Source: Elusimicrobia bacterium RBG_16_66_12
Lineage (GTDB): Bacteria; Elusimicrobiota; Elusimicrobia; UBA1565; UBA9628
Assembly: GCA_001800005.1 (NCBI GenBank)
Contig: MGUL01000041.1
Coordinates: 31,855-74,297 of the forward strand
Direction of reading: 5' to 3'
DNA: 42,443 nt
The position numbers and the translations under genes are program-made. Under the pieces are notes generated by a model that made no database searches, was not told the origin of the DNA, and saw nothing but the letters and a program-made list of their open reading frames with translations. Of this stretch, positions 24,107 through 33,436 are shown one piece after another. Position 1 is the stretch's first letter. Each line of letters starts with the position of its first letter.

Positions 24107-25597
24107 TCAACATGAACCCCGAATCTTCTGGAGCTTGGCGAGAATCTTTACCATAGCGAACGTATCTTGACCGCAGTAAATCTTGAGATTCCTCACAGTC
24201 TTCTTCCGCTCTGCCGCCGGGAGATTACCGCTCATCAGCGCAAGAAACGCCAACTGCGCTTGCTCTCCATTGCCGACAGGGAGGTTTTTATAGGTCATGC
24301 TGGGCACCAAGACTGGGAGAACGGCCTTGATCGACCAGCTGCCCTTAAAGGCGGGATCGACATAGAACGACTTCCGAAACGGATCGCCCAGGTCCCATAA
24401 CCGATTGGCCGCAGACAACAACGCTTTGGCCCGCTTAGGGTAAGCTCCCGCCAAACTTCGTAGGCACTGCCCCTCAAATCCAGCGTTGTACGCTATCACC
24501 GTCCCCCGACCTGAGATCGAGGAAGCTAAGCACTCGACCAAACCCGGGCGTGGATCCGACCGCCCGTCTCCCAGATACTCAACGTGCTTGATAGGTGCCC
24601 CCTCGGTTTCCTGGACGTGGATCGAGGCTTGAAATGGCATCTGCTGGAACGGCCGCAGGCCGTCGTAAGGAGGAATGGCAGGATTTAGAGTTTCAAAATC
24701 AAGGTAGTGGAGCGGATACACAAGGGTATCCAGTAATTCGCCGATTGCGACTTTCTCGATATGAGCCTTCTTCGTCTTCTCGCAGAGGACTTGGATTTCC
24801 TGCGCTCTTGAAAGTGGAAAGTCCTCCGGTACCTCTGCGATCTTGAGAACCCCTCGGCCTTTGAGTTGAATAATCTTCCCTTCACGAATGCGAACCAAGT
24901 CGTAAATGGAGTAGTCTGGAAGACGGCGCCAGCAATGCTCCTGAAAGCTGCATTCATACGGCGAACTACAGTGAGGCCCGATATCGATCTTCGGAGAAGC
25001 GGACGACGATAAGACTCTATGCAACCGGCGAACCTCCGCAGGGACCGCTTTTATGAACGGCTTCAATTTCACGGTGAGGTTGACCAGCGTAAAAAACGAC
25101 TTCGGATTAATAGGGCCACGACGGACGTATTGATTGTTGACATGCATGAGGATGGCCCGGCGCAGCCGGAATCCGGCCCCCTCCAGAATGTAGGCCTGTA
25201 TCGCTAAATCCTGAAGATATACATCGTTGACGTCCGTCGCTCCTTTGACCTCTACAAGATCCCAGGTGCCGTCCGCATTCCGATTGAGGATATCGGAACG
25301 AACCAATGTCTTATCGAATAGCGCGGCAGCCTCATAAATCGTTCGCGCGCCTGAATTGACTGCAGCAGCTGTCGAATCGAGCGCGTGTTGCTGATGCAAG
25401 TAGTCGGCCGTAATATCGACACCACCGGGGAAGCGCGCCCGCGCGAGTCGCCCAATAGCATGCCCTTGATCGAAATTGCGTTGAAGTCCAGGTGGACTCG
25501 GCGGGATGAGATCTTTTCTGTTGCGGTAAAGCCAAAGGGACTTCGGGCATTGCAGGCCGCGGACGTACTGCGACTTCGATAGGACGCCGGACCCCAT
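24107..25597 (-). CDS. DUF2779-family protein (N-terminal RecB/Cas4-like PD-(D/E)xK nuclease plus C-terminal RNase H-fold exonuclease-like domain)
   Basis: The N-terminus is LSKSQYVRGLQCPKSLWLY. The nuclease core is WDLVEVKGATDV...YLQDLAIQAYIL. The DUF2779 hallmark is LHYLDFETLNPAIPPYDGLRPFQQMPFQASIH. The start overlaps the DUF429 stop (TAATG at 25595-25599). Confidence 0.8.
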   Translation of the reverse strand: MGSGVLSKSQYVRGLQCPKSLWLYRNRKDLIPPSPPGLQRNFDQGHAIGRLARARFPGGVDITADYLHQQHALDSTAAAVNSGARTIYEAAALFDKTLVRSDILNRNADGTWDLVEVKGATDVNDVYLQDLAIQAYILEGAGFRLRRAILMHVNNQYVRRGPINPKSFFTLVNLTVKLKPFIKAVPAEVRRLHRVLSSSASPKIDIGPHCSSPYECSFQEHCWRRLPDYSIYDLVRIREGKIIQLKGRGVLKIAEVPEDFPLSRAQEIQVLCEKTKKAHIEKVAIGELLDTLVYPLHYLDFETLNPAIPPYDGLRPFQQMPFQASIHVQETEGAPIKHVEYLGDGRSDPRPGLVECLASSISGRGTVIAYNAGFEGQCLRSLAGAYPKRAKALLSAANRLWDLGDPFRKSFYVDPAFKGSWSIKAVLPVLVPSMTYKNLPVGNGEQAQLAFLALMSGNLPAAERKKTVRNLKIYCGQDTFAMVKILAKLQKIRGSC

Positions 25598-26442
25598 TAT
25601 TCTGTCCTCAGTAGCCCGGCTCCAGCCTTCGGCAGCCAGATAGCTGAATGGTGATCTCCGAATGCGATCGCTCGATCGCTCGCAAACTCAACGCCTACCC
25701 ATGCGCATACGACAGCATCCAATACGTCTTCGATCGCTTTGAGGCCCGGGGCCATACCCGGCTTCTCGAGGATTGTTAATGGGTCTGGGACCAACGCTGA
25801 GACACCGTGAATCCGCTGGCCCAAGGCAGCCCGGAGTTCGCCAAGTTTCTCTGCGACGAACCGGAACCGATCTATCGACATGAGCCCAACGTGATCCTTC
25901 GTGTACGCCCACCTACGCGCGACCTTGTACGGCAAACGATAATCAAGGCCGATCAGCTCGATGATGGCTGGGTGCGGATATGTCTCCAAGAAACATCCAG
26001 TGCGGACTGTGGCCCCAGCGGCCGCAAAGCTAAGTCCCAGCGCTCTAAGGGCATCAAAAACGATAGCCGCCTGCTTGCCCGGACGGTCCGGACTCGGCGA
26101 ATGTGTTCCCGCGCCACGCCCTGAGTATTGTCTTGAGATAGCATCGTCGGATGGCCGACGCCTAACAATACGCTTAGCGGATAGCGGCATATCAACAACA
26201 GCTATATCGACGCGCCCAATCCGAGCGAGCATACCAGCTGAACCTAAATGGGCCTTCGCCGACCAAACAGGAGTCTGGCCAATCTCTGCAAAGGAGCGTC
26301 CCACCCAAACCAACGTCGGCCGCCGGCCTTTGACATAATCAACCAAGGCAAGCCCCGAAGGGTTCTTCGTTGTCCACGCCGCGTCAAAGCCAAGAATCCT
26401 TAGACAGGCCATGGGCTTGCCGGCCTCTGAGACATCCCTCAT
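25597..26442 (-). CDS. DUF429-family protein (predicted RNase H-fold nuclease)
   Basis: The motifs RILGFDAAWTT, AVVDMPLS, LETYPHPAIIELIG...YK and IEDVLDAVVCAWVG follow the DUF429 pattern (GxD...DxP...ExxPh...DxxDA). An alternative start at ATG 26412 (MACLRILGFD) is possible. Confidence 0.75.
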   Translation of the reverse strand: MRDVSEAGKPMACLRILGFDAAWTTKNPSGLALVDYVKGRRPTLVWVGRSFAEIGQTPVWSAKAHLGSAGMLARIGRVDIAVVDMPLSAKRIVRRRPSDDAISRQYSGRGAGTHSPSPDRPGKQAAIVFDALRALGLSFAAAGATVRTGCFLETYPHPAIIELIGLDYRLPYKVARRWAYTKDHVGLMSIDRFRFVAEKLGELRAALGQRIHGVSALVPDPLTILEKPGMAPGLKAIEDVLDAVVCAWVGVEFASDRAIAFGDHHSAIWLPKAGAGLLRTE

Positions 26443-29400
26443 CAGTGTCCTGACCGAGGGCTTCGACGCGGGGTGCTCACTTCCACGGACTTGCGTTCAG
26501 GATGGCAGCATTTCGGATCTGCCGGAGATGGATCAAGTCGAGTTTGAAAAGGGTTGCCGGCACGAATAGATTTGTGCAAGTCATCGTAAATCTCAAGTAT
26601 GACACGCTTGGTCCGATAATCGCCGCCGAACTTCTCTTCATCCTTCCGCCTTACGAGTGGGAAAGTATCCATTATGTGCTCGATAGCGTGGCGCGGCGTC
26701 GGAAACACCTGTGTGAGGTTATCGGGTTGACGCCGCCACTCGTCTTCGGTGCCGAGGTATAGATGGAAGAACGCGGCGTCAAGTTCACATCGAAGCAAGA
26801 ATCGACGTTCGGCATCCCACTTAAAAGGTGGCCCGCTCCATCCGCAATCAGCGGCAAATGGCTCCAGATCCCACGCGGTATAGGTCAACTCTAACGCGCG
26901 GGGAAGAAGCCAATCTTTAGTAAGCAACTTCTTCTTCTGTGGTTTCCCACTTATACTCCACGGGCATATCGAGTCGAAGATTGCAGGAGAGAGGACGGGG
27001 AGTTGCCTGAAAACGTTGTATTTCAAATGCGTTCCGCCTACCTTCTGTCGCGCCGCAAAATCCGACACGAATGAGTCAAGGCAGGCTGGAAGCAACGCTA
27101 CATTTTCTGCAGACGCCGCCGCGGGGAACATCAGGAGAAAAGTGTCGCCACAGGCCGACAGCGGAATAACAGCGGAGATGAGGGTTCTTTCGTTCGTGCT
27201 ATTAGTGATGTCTCTCCACCCAAGGAGCCACTTCCTCTTCCATGAATCAGGAATTGTGGACGATACTTCTTTGCCGGGCACCCAGTCATGTGGCTGAATG
27301 CAGAACATGGGATCTTGCAGCTTCGATATATCCGGCTGCGGAAGTATCCCGACATTCAGCTGCGCCTGAGTCGCCCCATCGTAAGTCGAAAACCTGTGAT
27401 TAAACTGGTGTAGCATCTTAGCCTCATAAAGGGGCAAGTAAGCTAAACCATCTTTCTCAAATTTATTTCCCACAAGCTCCCAACCGTCCGAGGCTAGCTG
27501 CGCACGGGTTCGGAACAGGTGCGAATCGTTCGCCATATGAAACATCGCGCTAAAGGTCAGCCCCCACTGGTTGTCTTGGGGTGCTTCTTCTCGAATCAGC
27601 ACCGGATTTCGCCGATGTAGGGCTTTGCAAATTTCCGCGTCCCGGCCCGATCGGAATACCGGGCAGTTCTTGGCATTGGGATTCAAAAGCAATATTTCAT
27701 CTGCCGTAAGTGAAAACTTCCTCTCACTGTTCTGCACTTCATCTGGATGTCTCGCATAGAAAATGAATTCCGCGACGTCGGATGGTGCAAGGCGCCCACC
27801 AAAAATTAAGAGGCAGAATTTCATGGCGTGGTGAACGCCCGGAAATAAGAGATCTTCGTTTTCAAAACTCCAAAGGCTTGCAAGCGATTTATGTGACACG
27901 ATGTCTTGAAAGAAGAACTTCGTTGTCTCGTCCGTTGCGATTCCTGTAGGCAACACACAGCCGACGCGCCCTTTCGGACCTACATGGTTCTTCATTCCTT
28001 CCGCAAAAATGGCGTAAAGGTTAATGTCACCTCGTCCGCAAAGCGGATAGCGGCCACTATCGCGCATGAAGTGGCTTTCGCCTTCTGACCGGCGGACCGC
28101 AATCTGGAACTGTTCGCGCAGGGCCCGGTCCCCTGGCTCCGCGGAGTCGCTCAGCCGATTGATCAGGCGTTTTCTTTCAGCCGCATTCGGTGCATTTGCG
28201 ATGTCGGGACGTCGCTGGGCAAACCATTCCTTCTCTTGAAGTTTGACCCGTTCCCAAGGCGGGTTACCCAAAATTGCATCGAACCCTCCGCGAACAAAGA
28301 CCTCCGGAAACGCAAGATGCCAATGAAAGAAGTGATGACTTTCCGCGAGGCGCTGGACTTCGTCGAGTAGCGGCTGGTCGTGCTTGGATACCTGGCCATC
28401 GGCTAAGGAGTTAATCAATCCCTGAGTGATCCCGATTACACTCCGCTCATTATCCGGTTCACCGAAATATTTGCGCATGACGAAGGCGGAACACCATACA
28501 TCCGCAAGTCTCTTTTTCTGCCGGAATTCTTCGGTCCGCTCACTCTCTAGAAAGGCTCTTTCTTTACGGTGAACATCCTCTGGGCGGTCGTCGGGCAATT
28601 CGTCAAGTGCGGCGGCGGCTTGCTGCAGGCGTTCTTGGGTTTTAACATCCTGCGTGGCGAACAGATCACCAAAGCCACTGCGCTCGGCCTTATTCCGCTT
28701 CCTCAGAAGCGTGCAAGCCTTCTTGTCGTCCCCCTCGATCGCAGTAAAAGCATCGTCGGGCAAACCGGCGGAAATCAATTCTGGCGTGGTCCCAAGCAAG
28801 CTATTGCCCACACGAATGTGATGGTCGAGGAATGAAAGTGGCTTGCCAGGTTCAACTGCCTCAAGCCAGAGAGCGACACGGCAGAGCTCTACCGACATCG
28901 GATTGATGTCAACGGCGTATATGCAATGGCTAATAACCTGCCGCAGAGCGTGGCGCAGCTGGTCAGGCGCCGGTTCGTCGTCGCCGGCACGCACAAGCGC
29001 CAGACGACGGGCGATTCGTTGAGCCGCCGCAATGAGAAAGTGACCGCTCCCACAAGCTGGGTCGCAGACTTTCAGTGACAAGATGGCCGCCTCGGCGCTA
29101 GGAAATCCGAGGGTTTTGTAGTTGCGCAAGCGATTACTCAGAACGGGATTGAGGGCGCTGTCTAGCAGACAGTCCACCAGACTAGCAGGCGTGTAGTAGC
29201 TCCCGGAGGTCTTTCTATCGTTACCGGCAGCCTGCTTGAAGCTGAAACGGGGTACAGGCGAGGTCAGGACTATAGGATGCAGCTCTAAAAGGCTCTCATA
29301 GACTGCCCCGAATTCCTCCGTCGCAAGAGCTCCAAAATTCACTGGGAGCCTTTGCTTGGTTTTGGGGTCGTCAAACGAACATAGCCGGTCAAGAGCATGG

Positions 29401-30566
29401 AGAAGCGCGGAGTTACTCAGAAGGCATGTGCTTAGCGGTCCAAGGCTCTGAGGATCGAACAACTGTCCCCCGAACGCTGTTGTACCAAGCCGAGCCCCTT
29501 GTTCGGGATGTTCAAACAGCTCAAAAGTAGACAGGAGGGACAGCCAGGCATCACAGTGTCTCTCAGTCTTGAGGCCTCGCGTTCGCGCCAAACGACGCAG
29601 CCGTTGCACGCTATAGTAATCAAAGTAGGTGCGCAACTTCGCGACTGGCGTTTCCTTGGTGAAAATCAGGCCGCGATCCTCTACTACATTTAGAAATAGC
29701 AGGCGGTAGATCAGGCGCAATAAGAAGCCGAAGAATACTGTGTGTTCTAAAGTTCCAGCATCTATCTGCCCGCGGAGGGCCTTGTTTTCTGGATGTGCGA
29801 TAAATCCGGTGCCAAGGATTTCCAGCGCCTCGGTCACGGCCGTGCGTAATCCAGCACGAATGCGAGTCCCCTGCTCAATTGTGTCCTGATGATATCGCTC
29901 GATCAGGCTCTCAGCCGCGGTGCTATTCGTAACCGGAAGCCGACTAGCGTGCAACAATCGAAAGAGAATCGCAAAATCAGAAAAAAGGCCGTCAGTGAAG
30001 ATCCGATCGAGATCGAACTCCAGGTAGCTCAGTTTAATGAGACGTGAACTGTTGCGCAGCAAGCGCAATACGCGACCATTGGTGGCAAGGCCGTAGAGTT
30101 GTTCGCTCAAGTTGAGATATTCCTGAACTAGGCCGTGAGCCGACATGCGCAGCGTGGCGTTGACAGGCTTGCGGTCGAGCGCAGAGGGTTCGCGATAGCC
30201 GACAATCTGCACAGGTATTTGAGCTCGGTTCGAAGCGCGATGTGAAATATTGTAATTCTTGCCGTTTAGTTCGGTTCCCTTGGGTTGATACTCGAGCTGA
30301 TAGCCCAGCAGCCCTAAGAGGGGCATCATCCACTGCTGGCGCGTCTCAGTCGTGGCAGGCGAGTCAGCCTTGAGCGTGTCGAGTTTGCGCTGGAAGATAC
30401 GCCAATAGTCCTGAGCGTCGGCCCAGGCGCGGGCAATCTCGTCCTTAACCTTGGCGTCTGAATCTAGATTGAAATCTACGGGACGTTGCCCCGGCGCCTC
30501 CTCGATCCGTTCGAAGATATCAGATGAAAGAATCGCTCCTTCGATGCGGATACTAGGATAGTTCAC
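26442..30566 (-). CDS. Large N6-adenine DNA methyltransferase (Eco57I/PglX/DrmMI-like gamma-class, 1374 aa)
   Basis: Motif I is LKVCDPACGSGHFLIAAAQRI. Motif IV is FDAILGNPPWERVKLQEKEWF. Long N- and C-terminal extensions are present. The GTG start at 30566 forms a GTGA overlap with the upstream SNF2 stop. Confidence 0.9.
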   Translation of the reverse strand: MNYPSIRIEGAILSSDIFERIEEAPGQRPVDFNLDSDAKVKDEIARAWADAQDYWRIFQRKLDTLKADSPATTETRQQWMMPLLGLLGYQLEYQPKGTELNGKNYNISHRASNRAQIPVQIVGYREPSALDRKPVNATLRMSAHGLVQEYLNLSEQLYGLATNGRVLRLLRNSSRLIKLSYLEFDLDRIFTDGLFSDFAILFRLLHASRLPVTNSTAAESLIERYHQDTIEQGTRIRAGLRTAVTEALEILGTGFIAHPENKALRGQIDAGTLEHTVFFGFLLRLIYRLLFLNVVEDRGLIFTKETPVAKLRTYFDYYSVQRLRRLARTRGLKTERHCDAWLSLLSTFELFEHPEQGARLGTTAFGGQLFDPQSLGPLSTCLLSNSALLHALDRLCSFDDPKTKQRLPVNFGALATEEFGAVYESLLELHPIVLTSPVPRFSFKQAAGNDRKTSGSYYTPASLVDCLLDSALNPVLSNRLRNYKTLGFPSAEAAILSLKVCDPACGSGHFLIAAAQRIARRLALVRAGDDEPAPDQLRHALRQVISHCIYAVDINPMSVELCRVALWLEAVEPGKPLSFLDHHIRVGNSLLGTTPELISAGLPDDAFTAIEGDDKKACTLLRKRNKAERSGFGDLFATQDVKTQERLQQAAAALDELPDDRPEDVHRKERAFLESERTEEFRQKKRLADVWCSAFVMRKYFGEPDNERSVIGITQGLINSLADGQVSKHDQPLLDEVQRLAESHHFFHWHLAFPEVFVRGGFDAILGNPPWERVKLQEKEWFAQRRPDIANAPNAAERKRLINRLSDSAEPGDRALREQFQIAVRRSEGESHFMRDSGRYPLCGRGDINLYAIFAEGMKNHVGPKGRVGCVLPTGIATDETTKFFFQDIVSHKSLASLWSFENEDLLFPGVHHAMKFCLLIFGGRLAPSDVAEFIFYARHPDEVQNSERKFSLTADEILLLNPNAKNCPVFRSGRDAEICKALHRRNPVLIREEAPQDNQWGLTFSAMFHMANDSHLFRTRAQLASDGWELVGNKFEKDGLAYLPLYEAKMLHQFNHRFSTYDGATQAQLNVGILPQPDISKLQDPMFCIQPHDWVPGKEVSSTIPDSWKRKWLLGWRDITNSTNERTLISAVIPLSACGDTFLLMFPAAASAENVALLPACLDSFVSDFAARQKVGGTHLKYNVFRQLPVLSPAIFDSICPWSISGKPQKKKLLTKDWLLPRALELTYTAWDLEPFAADCGWSGPPFKWDAERRFLLRCELDAAFFHLYLGTEDEWRRQPDNLTQVFPTPRHAIEHIMDTFPLVRRKDEEKFGGDYRTKRVILEIYDDLHKSIRAGNPFQTRLDPSPADPKCCHPERKSVEVSTPRRSPRSGH

Positions 30567-33436
30567 GCTCCATCCTCCGGAAGAAGGATGTAAATGCCGA
30601 GCTGATCCATCGGCAGTACGGGATAAACCACCTGAAAGCGCTGCTTATCCATCAAGGCACTAAACCGCTCGTGTGCCGCAACCAGGCGCTTGGATTGTTT
30701 TTCCGCAATCCCATCGAACTCAGCACCGAGCTTATCAAGCAATTTTAGTTCATTGACTAGAAAGCTTGCGCGGGCCTGTGGGGACAGATCGCTAGATGCA
30801 CGAGCAACGGCCAGGATATCTTTGGCCTCCGCGTGATCAAGGAACTCTTTCTGATCAGGAGCTCCGCGCCAACCCCAAAGCAACATTTCTTCGGCGACAA
30901 TCTGAGGCCCCCCTTTGCCTTGTTCGATTACGTTTCGGCACCGAAAGAGCAACAACGTCGTCTTCTTGGCGACTTGCTTAGTGCGGATGACTGCAGCACG
31001 CGCAGCGCGCTTGTCCTGCCGGCCGAGGGTATTCGCCATCACAAGCTGACAAAGCTGTTCCACGAAGCGATGGTTGCGGCCAAGATAGTGATAGCCCTCT
31101 GCCGTCGGAGACTCAAAGCTCACCTTCACGATTCTGCCTGCCGGCAACAGATCGACAAGCTGCGCGGGAAGGTTCCCCATAACAAGTCCGTAGCCGTCCT
31201 TCTCTTTCGCAATCTGGACGCCGAACAGGCCCGAAAGAGCGGCAGTAACGAACTCCTCGACAGCCTTTACATTGCCGATGGCCTCATCGACCGCATGCAA
31301 ATCTTCCGCAATCTCCTGCGCCTTGATTGCATTTTGGGCGAAGATGCTGCGGGATGCTTTTTCTCGCTCGGCAGCCTCGTCGATTTTTCGACTGACATTA
31401 GCTTTGGCTAGAGCCGCCTCGCCGAACTCGGTGAAGTCGAACAGCATTCGTTGGTCTGGGCCGCGCTTTCGTTCGATGCGTCGGTCAGGATTAAGAAGTA
31501 GCGCTTTGGTAATAGTGTCGATGATGCTCTGCGAATCTTCTGGAAATGGCACGTTGATGCCCGTCGCCCGTTTAATCTCTCGCACTTTACGCAAGAGCAC
31601 ATCCAGCACGATCCCATCGATGGGGTTATCTGTGCCATAAAGCAGGCACGCCTTAACTTCAGGTGCCTTCTGGCCGAAGCGGTCAACGCGGCCTTCACGC
31701 TGCTCCAGACGGTTGGGGTTCCAAGGAAGATCGTAGTGCAGAACGCCCGTGAAGGAATCCTGAAGGTTAATACCCTCGCTAAGGCAGTCGGTTGCAATTA
31801 GAACGCGCGGCCTGTCGCCTGCCATTTCGGCAATCCGATGCTTCCGAACATCATCGGGAAGTTCGCTCGTCACTACACGCAGATCGAGCTTCGGGTATTT
31901 CTTCCGGAGAACGGGTTCCAAATGCTTACCAAGGTAGTTCGCCGTTTCAATATAACGGCAGAAAACAACCGGCCTGAACCCTTTTTCAATCCAGTCTTCA
32001 AGAACGATCGCAGCCGCAAAAAGCTTCTGATCGTTCTTTATGTCCCCCAATTTCTCTAGGCGCTCAGCAAACTGACGCAGCTGTCTGCGCTGATGATCAC
32101 TCCATTCAGCATAATCCACGACCTGACTAAGCGCGTTGTCGCTCTCGAAGCCGAAGTCGGGGTCACGAACAGGGTTTTCCGCCTCTGGATCGGATTCCGT
32201 CAAAGCGTCCTCAGCGCCGGCCTCTACCGCGGTTCCGAGCTTCCCAGAACGCGCGTTGAGCATTTTTACACCGGCAGCCGGACTAGACATCACCCCACGC
32301 AGCAAAGCCAATGCAGTCCAATATTGGACTCGCTTCGTTCTCTGGCTAGATCCGTCGGGCACGACCATCTTTTGTGCGAAAGCTAATATCTCTTCGAAAA
32401 AAGCTGCATATTGACGGGATAGGTCGTAAGGCCACTCGAATGCTTCACGCGTAGGGAATGGAGTATCCTCACCCATCCACTTCTCTACGTCGGCACGCTT
32501 ACGTTGGACAAAGTGCTGGGCGAGCTCGCGCCGCTCCGCCTGGGAGGAGTTTGGCAGATCGAGAGTCTCGAATTGAGGTTTGAGTAGTCCTAATAGAGAC
32601 TGGAACTCGTCGGGCTTGCCGCTGTGTGGAGTAGCCGTAAGAAGAACTAAGTGCTGGCCGGGCTTTGCGGCGATTTTGCTTATCAGATGGAAGCGTTGCT
32701 GCTGAGCAGAAGAGGCGCCAGCGGGTCGCGCGCAGGTGTGCGTTTCGTCAACAATCACGAGTTCCGGGCACTGCTCGATAAAGACATCTCTGCGATTGTC
32801 GGATTTGATGAAGTCGATGCTGATGATCTGATAGGGGTAGTAGTCATAAACACTGGCATCGCCTTGAATCTGACGATCCAGCCGAGCTTGAGTATTAGAA
32901 CGAATGATCACCGCTTCAATGTCGAGTTTAGACCGGATTTCCTCTTGCCACTGCTCGCAGAGATGAGGCAAACAAACGACCGCAAAGCGCTTGATCTTCC
33001 GTCGCTCAAGAAGCTCCCGCACGATGAGCAACGCTTCAATCGTCTTACCGACACCGACGTCATCAGCGATAAGTAGCCGCACAACGTCCTGCCGTAGCGC
33101 CATGATCAATGGAACGATTTGGTATGCGCGAGGACGGAATGAAAGCTTGGCGAGCGCACGGAACGGTCCCGCGCCGTTGCGGAACGCCAGACGAGCAGAG
33201 TCGTATAGGAGCCGGGCAGTACTTACGTCCCCAAGATCGCTCGGTTCCGGCGCATTGAATCGGGCGTCCACGGGCTGGTCGCGCTCTATCTTGAGTGGCA
33301 GGTAGATGCCGGCAATCTCTTCGTCAGACCCGCCCAGAGGCTTGACGATGAGCATATCCGGGTCGTTCGACGGCATGACCACCCACTCGCGGCCCCGAAG
33401 CGAGACGAGCTCACCCGGTTGTCGGAGAGCTTTCAA
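30563..33436 (-). CDS. SNF2-family helicase (first copy, 957 aa; DrmD-like)
   Basis: Motif I is LLIADDVGVGKTIEALLIV. Motif II is LVIVDETHTC. Motif III is LVLLTATPHSGKPDEF. Motifs V/VI are VLIATDCLSEGINLQ...VLHYDLPWNPNRLEQREGRVDRFGQ. The TTG start at 33436 forms a TTGA overlap with the helicase stop. Confidence 0.9.
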   Translation of the reverse strand: MKALRQPGELVSLRGREWVVMPSNDPDMLIVKPLGGSDEEIAGIYLPLKIERDQPVDARFNAPEPSDLGDVSTARLLYDSARLAFRNGAGPFRALAKLSFRPRAYQIVPLIMALRQDVVRLLIADDVGVGKTIEALLIVRELLERRKIKRFAVVCLPHLCEQWQEEIRSKLDIEAVIIRSNTQARLDRQIQGDASVYDYYPYQIISIDFIKSDNRRDVFIEQCPELVIVDETHTCARPAGASSAQQQRFHLISKIAAKPGQHLVLLTATPHSGKPDEFQSLLGLLKPQFETLDLPNSSQAERRELAQHFVQRKRADVEKWMGEDTPFPTREAFEWPYDLSRQYAAFFEEILAFAQKMVVPDGSSQRTKRVQYWTALALLRGVMSSPAAGVKMLNARSGKLGTAVEAGAEDALTESDPEAENPVRDPDFGFESDNALSQVVDYAEWSDHQRRQLRQFAERLEKLGDIKNDQKLFAAAIVLEDWIEKGFRPVVFCRYIETANYLGKHLEPVLRKKYPKLDLRVVTSELPDDVRKHRIAEMAGDRPRVLIATDCLSEGINLQDSFTGVLHYDLPWNPNRLEQREGRVDRFGQKAPEVKACLLYGTDNPIDGIVLDVLLRKVREIKRATGINVPFPEDSQSIIDTITKALLLNPDRRIERKRGPDQRMLFDFTEFGEAALAKANVSRKIDEAAEREKASRSIFAQNAIKAQEIAEDLHAVDEAIGNVKAVEEFVTAALSGLFGVQIAKEKDGYGLVMGNLPAQLVDLLPAGRIVKVSFESPTAEGYHYLGRNHRFVEQLCQLVMANTLGRQDKRAARAAVIRTKQVAKKTTLLLFRCRNVIEQGKGGPQIVAEEMLLWGWRGAPDQKEFLDHAEAKDILAVARASSDLSPQARASFLVNELKLLDKLGAEFDGIAEKQSKRLVAAHERFSALMDKQRFQVVYPVLPMDQLGIYILLPEDGA

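Noticed and set aside
26442-30566. BREX system (the methyltransferase resembles PglX-type enzymes)
   Set aside because: No PglZ phosphatase, BrxC/PglY ATPase, BrxA/B or BrxL/Lon-like protein is encoded in the window. The neighbours are DISARM-type instead (DUF1998 helicase, SNF2).
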